DNA of 64,000 bases. Source: an uncultured bacterium (GTDB lineage: Bacteria; Verrucomicrobiota; Verrucomicrobiia; Limisphaerales; UBA8199). The stretch is from the NCBI GenBank assembly GCA_963749495.1, contig CAVVMW010000006.1, positions 288,001 to 352,000 on the forward strand, in the 5' to 3' direction. Positions 45,870 through 56,006 of this stretch are shown in pieces. The position numbers were made by a program, and so were the translations under genes. Position 1 is the stretch's first letter. Every line of letters starts with the position of its first letter. The notes below the pieces were generated by a model. It worked only from the letters and a program-made list of their open reading frames with translations. It ran no database searches and was not told the origin of the DNA.

Positions 45870-46943
45870 TTAGTGCAGGCCGGTCCCGGTGCCGGGCCTG
45901 CCGTTGGGCCCCAGCAACTGGGTGCGGTACTCGGTCGGAGACTGGCCCAGGATCTTCTTGAACACCCGGTTGAAGTGGGTCAGGGACTGGAACCCGACCT
46001 CGAAGGCGATTTCGCTGACGCGCAAGTTCGGATTGATCAGGAGGTTCTTGGATTTCTCGATGCGAACGCGCGAGAGGTAGTCGGTGAAATTGATGCCCGT
46101 GGCCTTCTTGAAGATCTTGCAGAAGTAAAAGGTGCTGGTGTTGACGTGCCGGGCAACGTGCCCCAGGCGGAGGTTCTCGGTCTGGTGCTCCTGGATGTAT
46201 TCGCGGGCGCGCGCGATGATGGGCGGCTCCGCGTTTTCATTCTGCACCAGGACCTGGTTGCTCAGCATGGCCAAGTGCTGCGCGAAGATGGTCAGCAGCT
46301 TGACGATGGCTTCGTGCCGCTTGGGCGGCACCACGCGGGTCGAGAAGTAGGCCCTGCGCAATTCCTCGATGTCCACCGCCAGGCCCCAATGGGCCATTTG
46401 CCTGACCGCCCGTTCGAACTGCGAGCGCGTCGGTTTCTTGCGGAAGATCTGCCCCGTCTGCAAAAACCCAATCAAACGGTCCCCCAACCGCACCGGCACG
46501 GCCGTCTCGCTCAGGCCGTTGGGGCAGGAGAGGCTGCTCGGCTCGTAGGTTGCCGCTTCCGACAATCTCTCCTGCACCTGCAGACAGGAGGCGCACGCCC
46601 GGCTCTTCTCCGAGATCAGCGAGCAGAACGGCCCTTCATTGCGCCGCCCGTGATGCGGAAGCTGCCAGCTCTCCACCGGCCGCAGCGCCACAGGCATGCC
46701 CGTCGCCTCGGCGAACGCCCGCTCATATTCCTGGAACACCTTCGAGCTGACCAGGGCCTCGACGAGGCCCCGGTCCCCGTTGGGGGAGACCCCGTTCCGG
46801 GCCTTGGGCAGCAGGGGCTTGGACCCGCCCAGGGCGCCCAGTCCGCGGCCGCTCCGGCGCCGCACGGCGGAGGCCGCGTGGCTCCCCAGACCATTAATCC
46901 CACTTCTGGTCTCTAAAGGTCGCCTTACATATGTTGTCTGCAT
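45870..46943 (-). CDS. AraC family regulator with PocR ligand-binding domain
   Basis: FC...C...CPNGLSETAVPV...GFLQTGQ sensor; YFCKIFKKATG and EIAFEVGFQSLTHFNRVFK HTH. Confidence 0.88.
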   Translation of the reverse strand: MQTTYVRRPLETRSGINGLGSHAASAVRRRSGRGLGALGGSKPLLPKARNGVSPNGDRGLVEALVSSKVFQEYERAFAEATGMPVALRPVESWQLPHHGRRNEGPFCSLISEKSRACASCLQVQERLSEAATYEPSSLSCPNGLSETAVPVRLGDRLIGFLQTGQIFRKKPTRSQFERAVRQMAHWGLAVDIEELRRAYFSTRVVPPKRHEAIVKLLTIFAQHLAMLSNQVLVQNENAEPPIIARAREYIQEHQTENLRLGHVARHVNTSTFYFCKIFKKATGINFTDYLSRVRIEKSKNLLINPNLRVSEIAFEVGFQSLTHFNRVFKKILGQSPTEYRTQLLGPNGRPGTGTGLH

Positions 46944-47613
46944 GACGACAATTTAAGATAACCCCGCCCCCATGGCAATCATAATCGGCCACGCGCATGT
47001 TCAAATCCGGCGGCAGGGCTTGCAGCAGCTCGGCGACCGTCCTGGATTGTCCGGGCAGGACCAGGCCGGGGGCGATTTGGGCCAGGGGCTGGAGCACGAA
47101 CCGCCTCAGATGGGCGCGGGGATGGGGCAGGGTCAAGCGGTCGGTGGCGCGCACCTGGTTGCCAAAGGCAACCAGGTCAAGGTCCAGGGGGCGCGGTTCG
47201 TTCCGGACCTGTCTTGGGCGGCGTCCGAATTCCCGCTCCAGTTGCTGGAGCCGGGCCAGGAGCGATTCCGGGGTCAGGCCCCGCCGCGGGGCAAAGCCGG
47301 CCACTGCGTTGAGGAAGAGGGGCGAGCCGGGAGGGCAATCCACCGGCGTGCTTTGCCATAAGGCCGAGGTGCGCACGGCCCCGCTGGAAAACTCCCGCAA
47401 CCGCCCCAGGGCCTCGAGCAGGGTGCGCCTGGAGTCCCCGAGATTGGCCCCCAAGGCGACGAAGACCCAGCGGGCGAAACCAGACCGCCGATCCTTCAAG
47501 GCTGCTCGCGTCGGACTCGCCCGACCTGTCAGACCGGTCAGACTCGTCCGACCCGTCAGACTGGCCGGACGAGGGCGCGACAGCGTTTTGGACTGCGCTT
47601 GGCGGCGGGTCAT
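46894..47613 (-). CDS. folK: 2-amino-4-hydroxy-6-hydroxymethyldihydropteridine diphosphokinase
   Basis: VALGANLGD, FLNAV, PRPLDLDL, LTLPHPRAHLRRFVLQPL. Both termini are longer than usual, so the boundaries are uncertain. Confidence 0.88.
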   Translation of the reverse strand: MTRRQAQSKTLSRPRPASLTGRTSLTGLTGRASPTRAALKDRRSGFARWVFVALGANLGDSRRTLLEALGRLREFSSGAVRTSALWQSTPVDCPPGSPLFLNAVAGFAPRRGLTPESLLARLQQLEREFGRRPRQVRNEPRPLDLDLVAFGNQVRATDRLTLPHPRAHLRRFVLQPLAQIAPGLVLPGQSRTVAELLQALPPDLNMRVADYDCHGGGVILNCRHADNICKATFRDQKWD

Positions 47614-47623
47614 GCACGGCGGC

Positions 47624-48364
47624 CTACCTGGCCCTGAGTCCAAGGACATCCTGCATATCATAGACCCCCGGGGGTTGGCGCACGACCCAGGCGGCGGCGC
47701 GCAAGGCGCCATTGGCGAAGGTCTCGCGGCTGGAGGCCCTGTGGGTCAACTCGACGCGCTCGCCCAGGCCGGCAAAGAGGACGGTGTGGTCGCCCACGAC
47801 ATCGCCCCCGCGCACCGAGTGGATGCCGATCTCCTCGGCGGTGCGTTGGCCGACGATCCCGGCGCGGCCATGGCGGGCCGCCCGGTCCAGCGGCTGGCGC
47901 CGCACCTCGGCCAGGATCTCGGCCAGCGTCCGGGCGGTGCCGCTGGGCGCGTCCCGCTTGAGGCGATGGTGTGTCTCGATGATTTCGAGGTCGAATTCCG
48001 GACCGAGGATCTCCGCCGCCCGGCGCGCCAGCCAAAACAGGGCGTTGACGCCGGTGGAGAAGTTCGAGGAAAAGACGATCGGGATTTGGGCGCCCAGTTG
48101 CGTGATGCGCGAGCGGTCCTGGACCGAATGGCCGGTGGTGCCGATGACCATGGCCTTGTTGTGCCGGGCGCACAAGGCGGCGAAGCCCGGCGTGGCGGTG
48201 TGCGAACTGAAGTCAATGACCACATCGGCCGGCTCAAGCGCCGTGGCGAGGTCGTCGCCCTGGTCGATCTGGCCGACAATCTGCAAGTCGGGATGGTGGG
48301 CGGCGCAAGCGGAGAGGGTCCGGCCCATGAGGCCCTTGGAGCCCGTGATGACGGCACGGGTCAT
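47624..48364 (-). CDS. dapB: 4-hydroxy-tetrahydrodipicolinate reductase
   Basis: VIGTTG, ETHHRLKRDAPSGTA, RGGDVVGDH. Confidence 0.96.
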   Translation of the reverse strand: MTRAVITGSKGLMGRTLSACAAHHPDLQIVGQIDQGDDLATALEPADVVIDFSSHTATPGFAALCARHNKAMVIGTTGHSVQDRSRITQLGAQIPIVFSSNFSTGVNALFWLARRAAEILGPEFDLEIIETHHRLKRDAPSGTARTLAEILAEVRRQPLDRAARHGRAGIVGQRTAEEIGIHSVRGGDVVGDHTVLFAGLGERVELTHRASSRETFANGALRAAAWVVRQPPGVYDMQDVLGLRAR

Positions 48365-49242
48365 GGCCTGAGAATGCCGCAGGCCCTCAAGGTGGCCTGG
48401 AGGGCGTCGCGGTTGCGCGGGCTCATCGGGACCAGGGGCAGACGGTATTCCTCCTGGATTTGGCCGAGCATGGCCAGCGCAGCCTTGACCGGCACAGGAT
48501 TGGTCTCGATGAACAGGTCCTTGAACAGCGGGTAGTATTTCCGGTGCAACTCAAGGGCGGTCTTGGCATCGCCGGCGGCAAAGGCCCGGACCATTTGGGC
48601 GACCTGGCGCGGGATGAGGTTGGAGGCCACGCTGATGACCCCCTGTGCGCCCACCGCCATGAACGGAAGCGTCAGCGAGTCATCCCCGCTCAGGACCGCG
48701 AAGCTGGCCGGCAGGACGGCGCGCAATTGGCTGACCCGGTCCGCGTTGCCGCCCGCCTCTTTGAGCCCAACGATATTCGGGCATTCCTGGGCCAGGCGGC
48801 GAACCGTCTCGACCCCGATCTCGACGCCGCAACGGCTGGGGATGCTATAGAGCACCAGGGGAAGGCGCGTCTGCAGCGCGACCTGCCGGAAATGCTCAAA
48901 GAGCCCTTCCTGGCTCGGCTTATTGTAATAAGGGGCCACCTGGAGCGAACCGTCGGCCCCGGCCTTCTCGGCCTCCTGCGTGAGGTAGATGGCCTCCTTG
49001 GTCGAGTTGCCGCCCGTGCCGGCGATGACCTTGATCCTGCCGGCCGCGAATTTCACCGCCAGCGCGATGATCCGGATGTGCTCCTCGTAATCGACGGTGG
49101 GCGACTCGCCCGTCGTGCCCACCGGCACAACGCCGTCCACTCCCCCCTCGACTTGGGCCCGAACGAGGCCCTCGAAGGCCGCCTGGTCCAACTGGCCGTC
49201 TCGGAACGGCGTTACGATTGCTGTGTAGGTTCCTGTGAACAT
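48361..49242 (-). CDS. dapA: 4-hydroxy-tetrahydrodipicolinate synthase
   Basis: GTTGES, PYYNKP, GLKEA, LSGDD, ETNPVPVK. Confidence 0.96.
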   Translation of the reverse strand: MFTGTYTAIVTPFRDGQLDQAAFEGLVRAQVEGGVDGVVPVGTTGESPTVDYEEHIRIIALAVKFAAGRIKVIAGTGGNSTKEAIYLTQEAEKAGADGSLQVAPYYNKPSQEGLFEHFRQVALQTRLPLVLYSIPSRCGVEIGVETVRRLAQECPNIVGLKEAGGNADRVSQLRAVLPASFAVLSGDDSLTLPFMAVGAQGVISVASNLIPRQVAQMVRAFAAGDAKTALELHRKYYPLFKDLFIETNPVPVKAALAMLGQIQEEYRLPLVPMSPRNRDALQATLRACGILRP

Positions 49243-49354
49243 GATTTGCCTAAGTCGTCACAAGATGCCCACTCCCGCCCGGTTTGGCGAGCCTGATTTT
49301 CTGAATCCTCACTTGTGCATTGACCTGGGTGCGGCAGGTTATTTTACTGGTTTT

Positions 49355-49714
49355 ATGCGTGCATTGCCCGTAGTGGTTTCAGTGCTCATCGTGCTGGCCT
49401 GCGGTTGCGCCGGCAGCAAGCACCCCGCCGGGGCCGCCGGCTTCCCGGACGTGCAGGGCGGGAGACAGAAGCTCATCGTTACACCGGAAACGACGCCGAT
49501 TGGCAAGGTCGTCAAGGCCAATCCCGCCGGGCGATTCGTGGTGCTCAATTTCCCGCTCGGCCGCTTCCCGGCGATGGGAGAGCGCCTGAGCCTCTATCGC
49601 CAGGGCCTCAAGGTGGGTGAGGTCAAAGTCACAGGCCCCCAGTACGAAGACAACATCGTGGCCGATGTGGCCGCAGGCGAGGCCGCACTGGGGGATGAGG
49701 CGCGCGCACCCTGA
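49355..49714 (+). CDS. Hypothetical lipoprotein
   Basis: Hydrophobic leader ending LACGC, then a beta-rich domain. Confidence 0.7.
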   Translation: MRALPVVVSVLIVLACGCAGSKHPAGAAGFPDVQGGRQKLIVTPETTPIGKVVKANPAGRFVVLNFPLGRFPAMGERLSLYRQGLKVGEVKVTGPQYEDNIVADVAAGEAALGDEARAP

Positions 49715-49821
49715 GTGATGAGGGATGTCTGGGGGCTGAGGCGACCTTCGTCGCAGCCTTTGTCGCAACCTTTGTCGAAGACTGGCCAATCCGACAAAGG
49801 CTGCGACAAAGGTGCGGGCCA

Positions 49822-50160
49822 CTACCCCTCGCCTTTGGCCTGGCCGCCGCCGATCGGTTCGCTCATGGGTCTGGCGGTCTTGGAGAGGACCTGCTTCTGG
49901 TAGGGAGAGTGGAGGTTGAAATAGATGCCGCAGAGCGGGCGGGGGCTCTCGTTCTGGCTGAGGATGACCGTGATCTGCCTGTCCAGGGCGATGCCGTGGC
50001 GGAGGTGGGGCCCGCGGTTGTCGTAGGCCTTGATGGCCTTGTGCAGGAGCGAGATCAGCGAGGCCTCGAAGTCCTCGGGTGTCTTATCGATGCAGACGAC
50101 GTATTTCTCGAATGTCGCCATGGCTTCGGCGATCTCCGGCCTGAACGTTTCGACTGTCAC
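49822..50160 (-). CDS. Hypothetical protein
   Basis: 112 aa with host-like codon use, downstream of pta. Confidence 0.7.
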   Translation of the reverse strand: MTVETFRPEIAEAMATFEKYVVCIDKTPEDFEASLISLLHKAIKAYDNRGPHLRHGIALDRQITVILSQNESPRPLCGIYFNLHSPYQKQVLSKTARPMSEPIGGGQAKGEG

Positions 50161-50226
50161 AAAGCTCAGAATAATGGGGCTTGGTGTAAAAGTGAAGCCA
50201 AAAGTAAAGCGAAAGTAAAGCGAGGC

Positions 50227-51282
50227 TCATGCTTCCCCGGGCAGGGTCTGGCCCGCACCCGGGTAGAGGTGGTGATAGTCCACCGCCTGAACCCCCACGA
50301 TGGCGGCCACGCCCAGGACGTTGTGCGCGTTGGAGCCGCGGGAGACGTTGGCGGCGGGCCGATCCAGTCCCAGCAGGATCTGTCCATAGGCGTTGGCCCT
50401 GGAGACATGGCGCAGCAGTTTGCTGGCGATGTTGCCCGAATTGAGGTCAGGGAAGATCAAGACGTTGGCCCTGCCCCCGAGTTTGCCCTCCGGCAGCTTG
50501 CGGGCCGCAATATCGGGCGCCAACGCCGTGTCCGCCTGCAGTTCGCCGTCAAAATCCGCCTCCATCTTCTTGTCCGCCGCCTGTTTCTCGGCCAGCGCGG
50601 TTGCCGCCCGCACCCGGCCTGCCGACGGGTGCATCGAGCTGCCCTTGGTGGAAAAAGAGAGCAGCGCCACCCGGGGCCGCACCCCGAGCAGGTGCCGCGC
50701 CAGTTGCGCCGTCGAGACCGCGATGTCCGCCAGTTGCTCGACCGTCGGATCCGCAATCACCCCGCAATCCGCCATGAACAACACCCCGTTCTCGCCAAAG
50801 CGCGAGTCCTCCACCTCCATCACCATGCAACTGGAGGCCGTGGTCGTCTGCGGCGCTACCTTGATGATCTGAAAGAGCGGCCGCAGCACCCCCCCGCTAA
50901 TCTGGTTGGTCCCGGAGACAAACCCGTCGGCCTGGTGCATTGCCACCATCATGGCCCCGAAATAATTGGGCTGGAGCATCGCCTCCCGCGCCTCGGGGCC
51001 CTGCAGCCCCTTGGACCGCCGCAACACCTCGAACCGCTGGGCAAAGTTCTCCAACTCGGCGCTCTCCGCCGGGTTGATGATGCGGATGCCCTCCAGCGAG
51101 ACGTTCAACGCAGCCGCTATCTCTTTGACCCGGCCCCGCTCCCCCAGCAGTATCGGCGCGCCCAGTCTCAACGAATAATACTGGCGTGCCGCTTGGAGCA
51201 CACGCGGCTCCGCGCCCTCCGGGAAAACAATCCGCTTGGGATGTCTCTGCAGTTTCTCGATGACGCTGCCAATGAATCGCAT
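50227..51282 (-). CDS. pta: Phosphate acetyltransferase
   Basis: RIVFPEG, ADCGV, VALLSFST, DGELQAD, ANVLIFPDLNSGNI. Confidence 0.88.
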   Translation of the reverse strand: MRFIGSVIEKLQRHPKRIVFPEGAEPRVLQAARQYYSLRLGAPILLGERGRVKEIAAALNVSLEGIRIINPAESAELENFAQRFEVLRRSKGLQGPEAREAMLQPNYFGAMMVAMHQADGFVSGTNQISGGVLRPLFQIIKVAPQTTTASSCMVMEVEDSRFGENGVLFMADCGVIADPTVEQLADIAVSTAQLARHLLGVRPRVALLSFSTKGSSMHPSAGRVRAATALAEKQAADKKMEADFDGELQADTALAPDIAARKLPEGKLGGRANVLIFPDLNSGNIASKLLRHVSRANAYGQILLGLDRPAANVSRGSNAHNVLGVAAIVGVQAVDYHHLYPGAGQTLPGEA

Positions 51283-51331
51283 GGAGCTTTAAGTAGCTTA
51301 GAACCCTCCAAATCGCAACCGGCAAAGGAAA

Positions 51332-51449
51332 AGGCTAAAGGCTAAAGGCTAAAGGCTGAAGGCTAAAGCACAGAGGCGGAAGGGAGGCGCCATCCCCTGT
51401 TTCTTTCGACTTTAGCCTTCAGCCTTTAGCCTTTAGCCTTTAGCCTTTA
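51332..51449. repeat. Inverted GGCTAAA / TTTAGCC heptamer cassette
   Basis: About five units per arm, between the divergent pta and NUDIX genes. Confidence 0.88.
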
Positions 51450-51452
51450 CCA

Positions 51453-52007
51453 ATGAACGAGCGTCCAATTCTCCAATGGGAAGGCAAGTTCCTTCGCGTG
51501 CTGAGGCTCGGCCGATGGGAGTATGCCGACCGCGTCGGCACGACCGGGGCCGTGGCGATAGTCGCCGTCACTGGTGATGGCAAACTGGTGCTGACCGAGC
51601 AGTACCGCATCCCAGTCGGGGCGCGGGTCATCGAACTGCCCGCCGGCCTGGCCGGCGATGTCCCGGCAAAGGCCACGGAGGGCGTCGTCGAAGCAGCGCG
51701 GCGCGAGTTGCTGGAAGAGACCGGTTACGAGGCGGGCCAACTGCACTGCCTGGTCTGCGGCCCGCCCTCCGCGGGCCTGGCCTCGGAAATCGTCACCTTC
51801 CTGCTCGCCACCGGCTTGCGCCGGGTCACAGTCGGCGGGGGCGACAGCCAGGAGCAGATTCAGGTCCATGAAGTCCCGCTCGCCGAGGTTGACCGATGGC
51901 TCAACGAGAGGATGGCCGCCGGAATCCTGGTCGATCCGAAGGTGTACGCAGGTCTCTACTTCCAGGGCCGATGGCCGAACAAAACTCCGGGTGAATTGTT
52001 GATATAG
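51453..52007 (+). CDS. NUDIX hydrolase (ADP-ribose pyrophosphatase-like)
   Basis: EQYRIPV..RVIELPAG...AARRELLEETGY. Confidence 0.88.
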   Translation: MNERPILQWEGKFLRVLRLGRWEYADRVGTTGAVAIVAVTGDGKLVLTEQYRIPVGARVIELPAGLAGDVPAKATEGVVEAARRELLEETGYEAGQLHCLVCGPPSAGLASEIVTFLLATGLRRVTVGGGDSQEQIQVHEVPLAEVDRWLNERMAAGILVDPKVYAGLYFQGRWPNKTPGELLI

Positions 52008-52086
52008 CGTCTGTCACTGTGTTGCCTGGCGGCCAAGGCGCGGAGCTTGCGTTATCCTGAGCGCCGGGCAAATTAAGCTGACGCAG

Positions 52087-53928
52087 ATGCTGGATTCATG
52101 GCGCCAAGTAGTACGCGCGAGCCGGCGGAGACTCTTGGGGTCTCGGCTGGGCGTTGCAATGGCCGTACTGTGCGCATCCCTGCTTGCGACCGTGGCCGGC
52201 GCCGCGACACTCACCGCCTCGCTGGATCGCGACACGATCACCCTGGGCGAGAGCGCCACTTTGTCGCTGGCCTTCGATGGGGGCGCCCCCGGCCAGGCGC
52301 CAGCCGTGCCAAACATACCGGGCCTGCGGCTCGTTGGCCCAGGGACCTCGCAGCAAATCAGCTTCAACAACGGCGTGATGGCTCGCTCGATCACATACAG
52401 TTTTGAAGTCACGCCTGTGCAGGCAGGCGACTTCACCATTCCATCCATTGCCGCCGTCGTGGACGGGACCCGGCTCACCACCCGACCGCTCAAGCTCACG
52501 GTGCTCAAGCCGGGCGCGCCCACGCCAGAGGCGATCAACTCCGGCTCGCAGCCCGCCTTTCTCAAGCTGGCCCTTCCAAAGCAGCAGCTCTACCTGGGCG
52601 AGCCCGCAATTGCGGAAGTGGACCTTTATGTGCGCGACGGCGTCATCCCGTCTCGTCCGCAACTGGGGCCGATCTCGGCCGAGGGCTTCAACGTCGGCCA
52701 GCAGTTCCGGCCGGGAGCGCAGCGCAACGTGCGGATTGGGCCGGCGGTCTATCATTGCCTGCCGTTTCTCTTCACCCTCAAACCGGTGAAGACCGGGCTG
52801 CTCAAGTTCGGCCCCGTGACGTTCAACGAGGTTGTGGAATTGCCGTCGCCTGCCGGGCGCCGCGATCCCTTCTACGAGCGGTTCGGCTTGCGCAGCCCCT
52901 TCTCGGAGGGCGAACAAAAGCAAATGGTTCTGGCGACCGAGAGCACCAACGTGCAGTGCCTGCCTTGGCCCAGCCAGAATGTGCCGCCCGGTTTCAAGGG
53001 CGCCGTCGGCAATTATGCGATGAGCGTCACCGCCGGTCCGACCAACCTGATGGCCGGCGATCCGATCACTGTGCGCGTGCGAATCGAGGGGCGCGGCGCC
53101 CTGGACGGGCTGGCCTTGCCCGACCCGCCCGGCGGGTGGCGGGATTTCAAGGTCTTCCCGCCTACGGCCAAACCGGTCGAGACTTCGGACCCGTTCGGGC
53201 TGCAAGGGGCCAGGGAATTCGAGCAGATCGTCGTGCCCCAAGGCGCGGAGGTGAAGGAGTTGCCGGCGTTTTCGTTCAGCTTTTTCGATCCCGAGGCCCA
53301 GAGCTATCGGACGCTGACGCACCCTGCGGTGCCGTTGGTGGTCCGGCCGGGCGGTTCGGTCGCCGCGCCCACGATCGTGGCGTCCGCGCGCGCCGGCCAG
53401 GACGCGCCGTCGGCGCAGGACATCGTCCACATCAAACCACGCCTGGGGCTGGTGGCGCAGGCCGGTCCTCCGCTGATCGGGCGGCCTTGGTTTGTCCTGT
53501 TGCAAGCGGTGCCGGTCTTGGGCTGGGTCTGGGCGCTGGCCTGGCGCCGGCGCGCCGATCGGCTGGCCAACAATCCGCGCCTCCGGCGCCGCCGGCAGGT
53601 GGCGCAGGTCATTCGCGACGGCCTGGTCGAACTCCGCCGCCTGGCGGCCCAGAACCAGGCGGAGCCGTTTTTTGCCACCCTCTTTCGCCTGCTCCAGGAG
53701 CAATTGGGCGAGCGCCTGGACCTGCCCGCCTCGGCCATCACCGAGGCGGTCATCGAAGAACACCTTCGCCCGCGCGGGGCGCCGGAGCAGGTCAGCGCCG
53801 CAGTCCACGAGCTGTTCCAGAGCTGCAACCTGGCGCGCTATGCGCCGGTCAGGAGCAGCCAGCAACTGACGGCGATGGTTGCCAAACTCGAAGCCGCCCT
53901 GCGCCAACTCCAGGCCCTCGAGCTATGA
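52087..53928 (+). CDS. batD: BatD family protein
   Basis: Signal peptide, Ig-like repeats, FKGAVGNY, C-terminal TM and ...CNLARYAP. Confidence 0.8.
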   Translation: MLDSWRQVVRASRRRLLGSRLGVAMAVLCASLLATVAGAATLTASLDRDTITLGESATLSLAFDGGAPGQAPAVPNIPGLRLVGPGTSQQISFNNGVMARSITYSFEVTPVQAGDFTIPSIAAVVDGTRLTTRPLKLTVLKPGAPTPEAINSGSQPAFLKLALPKQQLYLGEPAIAEVDLYVRDGVIPSRPQLGPISAEGFNVGQQFRPGAQRNVRIGPAVYHCLPFLFTLKPVKTGLLKFGPVTFNEVVELPSPAGRRDPFYERFGLRSPFSEGEQKQMVLATESTNVQCLPWPSQNVPPGFKGAVGNYAMSVTAGPTNLMAGDPITVRVRIEGRGALDGLALPDPPGGWRDFKVFPPTAKPVETSDPFGLQGAREFEQIVVPQGAEVKELPAFSFSFFDPEAQSYRTLTHPAVPLVVRPGGSVAAPTIVASARAGQDAPSAQDIVHIKPRLGLVAQAGPPLIGRPWFVLLQAVPVLGWVWALAWRRRADRLANNPRLRRRRQVAQVIRDGLVELRRLAAQNQAEPFFATLFRLLQEQLGERLDLPASAITEAVIEEHLRPRGAPEQVSAAVHELFQSCNLARYAPVRSSQQLTAMVAKLEAALRQLQALEL

Positions 53929-54854
53929 GAGCCGCAGCAGCGTCCAGCCACGCCGCGCAACCGGCCCATTTCCGCGAACCGACGCCGAGCCCGCAAGGTT
54001 TTGGACTGCGGCAGTCCTCTGCCGCTTTCTCGTCCCCAGGGTCCAAAAAGCGCCAGAGGACTGGCGCAGTCCAAAACGCTTCGCGCCTGGCGAGGCCCCT
54101 CCGGTTCATGGTTCCAGTGCTCATCGGCCTGTTGCTGCTCGCGCCATTGCTCGGTTGTGCGGCGCTCGGCGCCGAGGGGCCTCGGCAGGCCGGCTTCGAG
54201 GCCGCCAACAAGCTTTATGAACAAGGCAAGTACGCCGATGCCGCAACGGCTTACGAGAGTCTGGTCCGGAGCGGCCTGACCTCGCCGGCGCTCTACTTCA
54301 ACCTGGGCAATGCCTTTTTCAAATCCAGCGAGATCGGCCGCGCGATCGCGGCCTATCGCCAGGCGCAGCGGCTGACCCCGCGCGACCCGGACGTTCGGGC
54401 CAACCTCCAGTTCGCGCGCAACCAGGTGCAGGGACCGACCCTGGGGGTCGGGCGCTGGCAGCGCTGGCTGGGGCGGCTGAGCCTGGACGAGTGGACGCTG
54501 CTGGCGACGGGCGCCGCCTGGCTGCTGTTGCTGCTGCTGGCGCTCCTGCAATGGCGCCCCTCCCTCAAGTCCAGCCTTCGGACATTTGTATGGGCGGTGG
54601 GGGCGATGGCCGTTGTGCTGGCCGCCTGTATGGCCCTTGCCCACTACCAATCCCGCGCCATTCGCATCGCCATCGTCGTGAGACCCGAGGCCGTGGTCCA
54701 CGCCGGCTGGTTCGAGGAATCCAAAGAGGCCTTCACGGTCCACGACGGCGCGGAACTCCAGGTGCTGGATCAGCACGACGAATGGCTGCAGGTCGCCACG
54801 GGTCCGCTCAGGCAGGGGTGGCTGCCGCGCGAGCAAGTCGTGATCGAGCGGTGA
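53925..54854 (+). CDS. batE: BatE-like TPR + TM + SH3 protein
   Basis: FEAANKLYEQGKY..LYFNLGNA..PRDPDVRANL; HDGAEL...GWLP. ATG 53925 overlaps the batD stop; alternative start about 54108. Confidence 0.75.
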   Translation: MRAAAASSHAAQPAHFREPTPSPQGFGLRQSSAAFSSPGSKKRQRTGAVQNASRLARPLRFMVPVLIGLLLLAPLLGCAALGAEGPRQAGFEAANKLYEQGKYADAATAYESLVRSGLTSPALYFNLGNAFFKSSEIGRAIAAYRQAQRLTPRDPDVRANLQFARNQVQGPTLGVGRWQRWLGRLSLDEWTLLATGAAWLLLLLLALLQWRPSLKSSLRTFVWAVGAMAVVLAACMALAHYQSRAIRIAIVVRPEAVVHAGWFEESKEAFTVHDGAELQVLDQHDEWLQVATGPLRQGWLPREQVVIER

Positions 54855-55056
54855 AGCAAGATGGTCGAGGGTCGAGGGCCGAGGGTCGAGGGGCGAACAA
54901 GGAAGGGCCGCAAGGTTTTGGACTGCGCCAGTCCTCTGGCGCTTTTTGGAGCCTGGGAATCCGAAAGCGCCAGAGGACTGGCGCAGTCCAAAACCTTGCG
55001 GCTCATACTTCACATTTGACTTGCTTAACCTTGCGGGCGTGGTTAAACGAGGCGCG

Positions 55057-55920
55057 ATGACGATCATCACCGACGAGCACTGCACGGGCTTTTCGCACCC
55101 GGGCCATCCCGAGCGGCCCGAGCGCGTCGGCGGGGCGCTCCGGCGGCTGCGCAACCAGACCGGCCTCGCCATCCAGTGGAGCAAACCGGGCCCGTGCGAC
55201 GAGTCGGTCCTGCTGCGCGCCCACAGCGCCAGGCACCTGGCCCGGCTGGAGGAGCCGGAGGATTTCGATGCGGACACGCCGTATGCGCCGGGCATCGGGG
55301 ACTATGCCCGCGCATCGGTCGGGGCGGCGCTGGAGGCGCTACGGCTTGCGCGGGCGGGCCAGGGGGTCTTGAGCCTGATGCGGCCGCCGGGCCATCATGC
55401 GACGCGCCACCGGGCGATGGGCTTCTGCTACCTCAATAACGTGGCCGCGGCGGTGCTCGAGGCCCTGGCCACCGGCACGCAACGCATCGCCGTCTTCGAC
55501 TTCGACGTCCATCACGGGAACGGGACCGAATCGATCCTCCTGAACAAACCGGGCGCGGCGGTGTGCTCGATTCACCAGTTTCCTTGCTATCCGGGCACCG
55601 GGACGCGCAACGTGGGCAACAATTGCTTCAATTACCCGCTGCCGCCGGGCACGTCTCGGGTCGAACATCGCCGGGTCCTGGCCGACGCTCTCGAGCACCT
55701 GTTGGGCCTCAAGCCCGAACTCATCGCCGTGTGCGCCGGCTTCGATGCCTACGCCCGGGACCCGCTGGGCCAGATGGGCCTCGAGGCGGAGGATTACTAT
55801 TGGCTGGGCGGGCGGCTGCGGCAGCCGGGCCTGCCCGTCTTCAGCGCTCTGGAAGGCGGCTACAGCAGCGACTTGCCGGAATTGGTGCTGGCCTACCTCA
55901 AGGGGGTGGAAGGGAAATGA
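55057..55920 (+). CDS. Histone deacetylase family protein
   Basis: HPERPER, RPPGHHA, GFCYLNN, DFDVHHGNGT, LEGGY. Confidence 0.92.
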   Translation: MTIITDEHCTGFSHPGHPERPERVGGALRRLRNQTGLAIQWSKPGPCDESVLLRAHSARHLARLEEPEDFDADTPYAPGIGDYARASVGAALEALRLARAGQGVLSLMRPPGHHATRHRAMGFCYLNNVAAAVLEALATGTQRIAVFDFDVHHGNGTESILLNKPGAAVCSIHQFPCYPGTGTRNVGNNCFNYPLPPGTSRVEHRRVLADALEHLLGLKPELIAVCAGFDAYARDPLGQMGLEAEDYYWLGGRLRQPGLPVFSALEGGYSSDLPELVLAYLKGVEGK

Positions 55921-56006
55921 CGAATGACGAATGACGAATAACAACGGCCGATGACCAACTACTGATTCGTCATTCGTCATTCGTCATTCGTCATTCTCTG
56001 CCCTCC

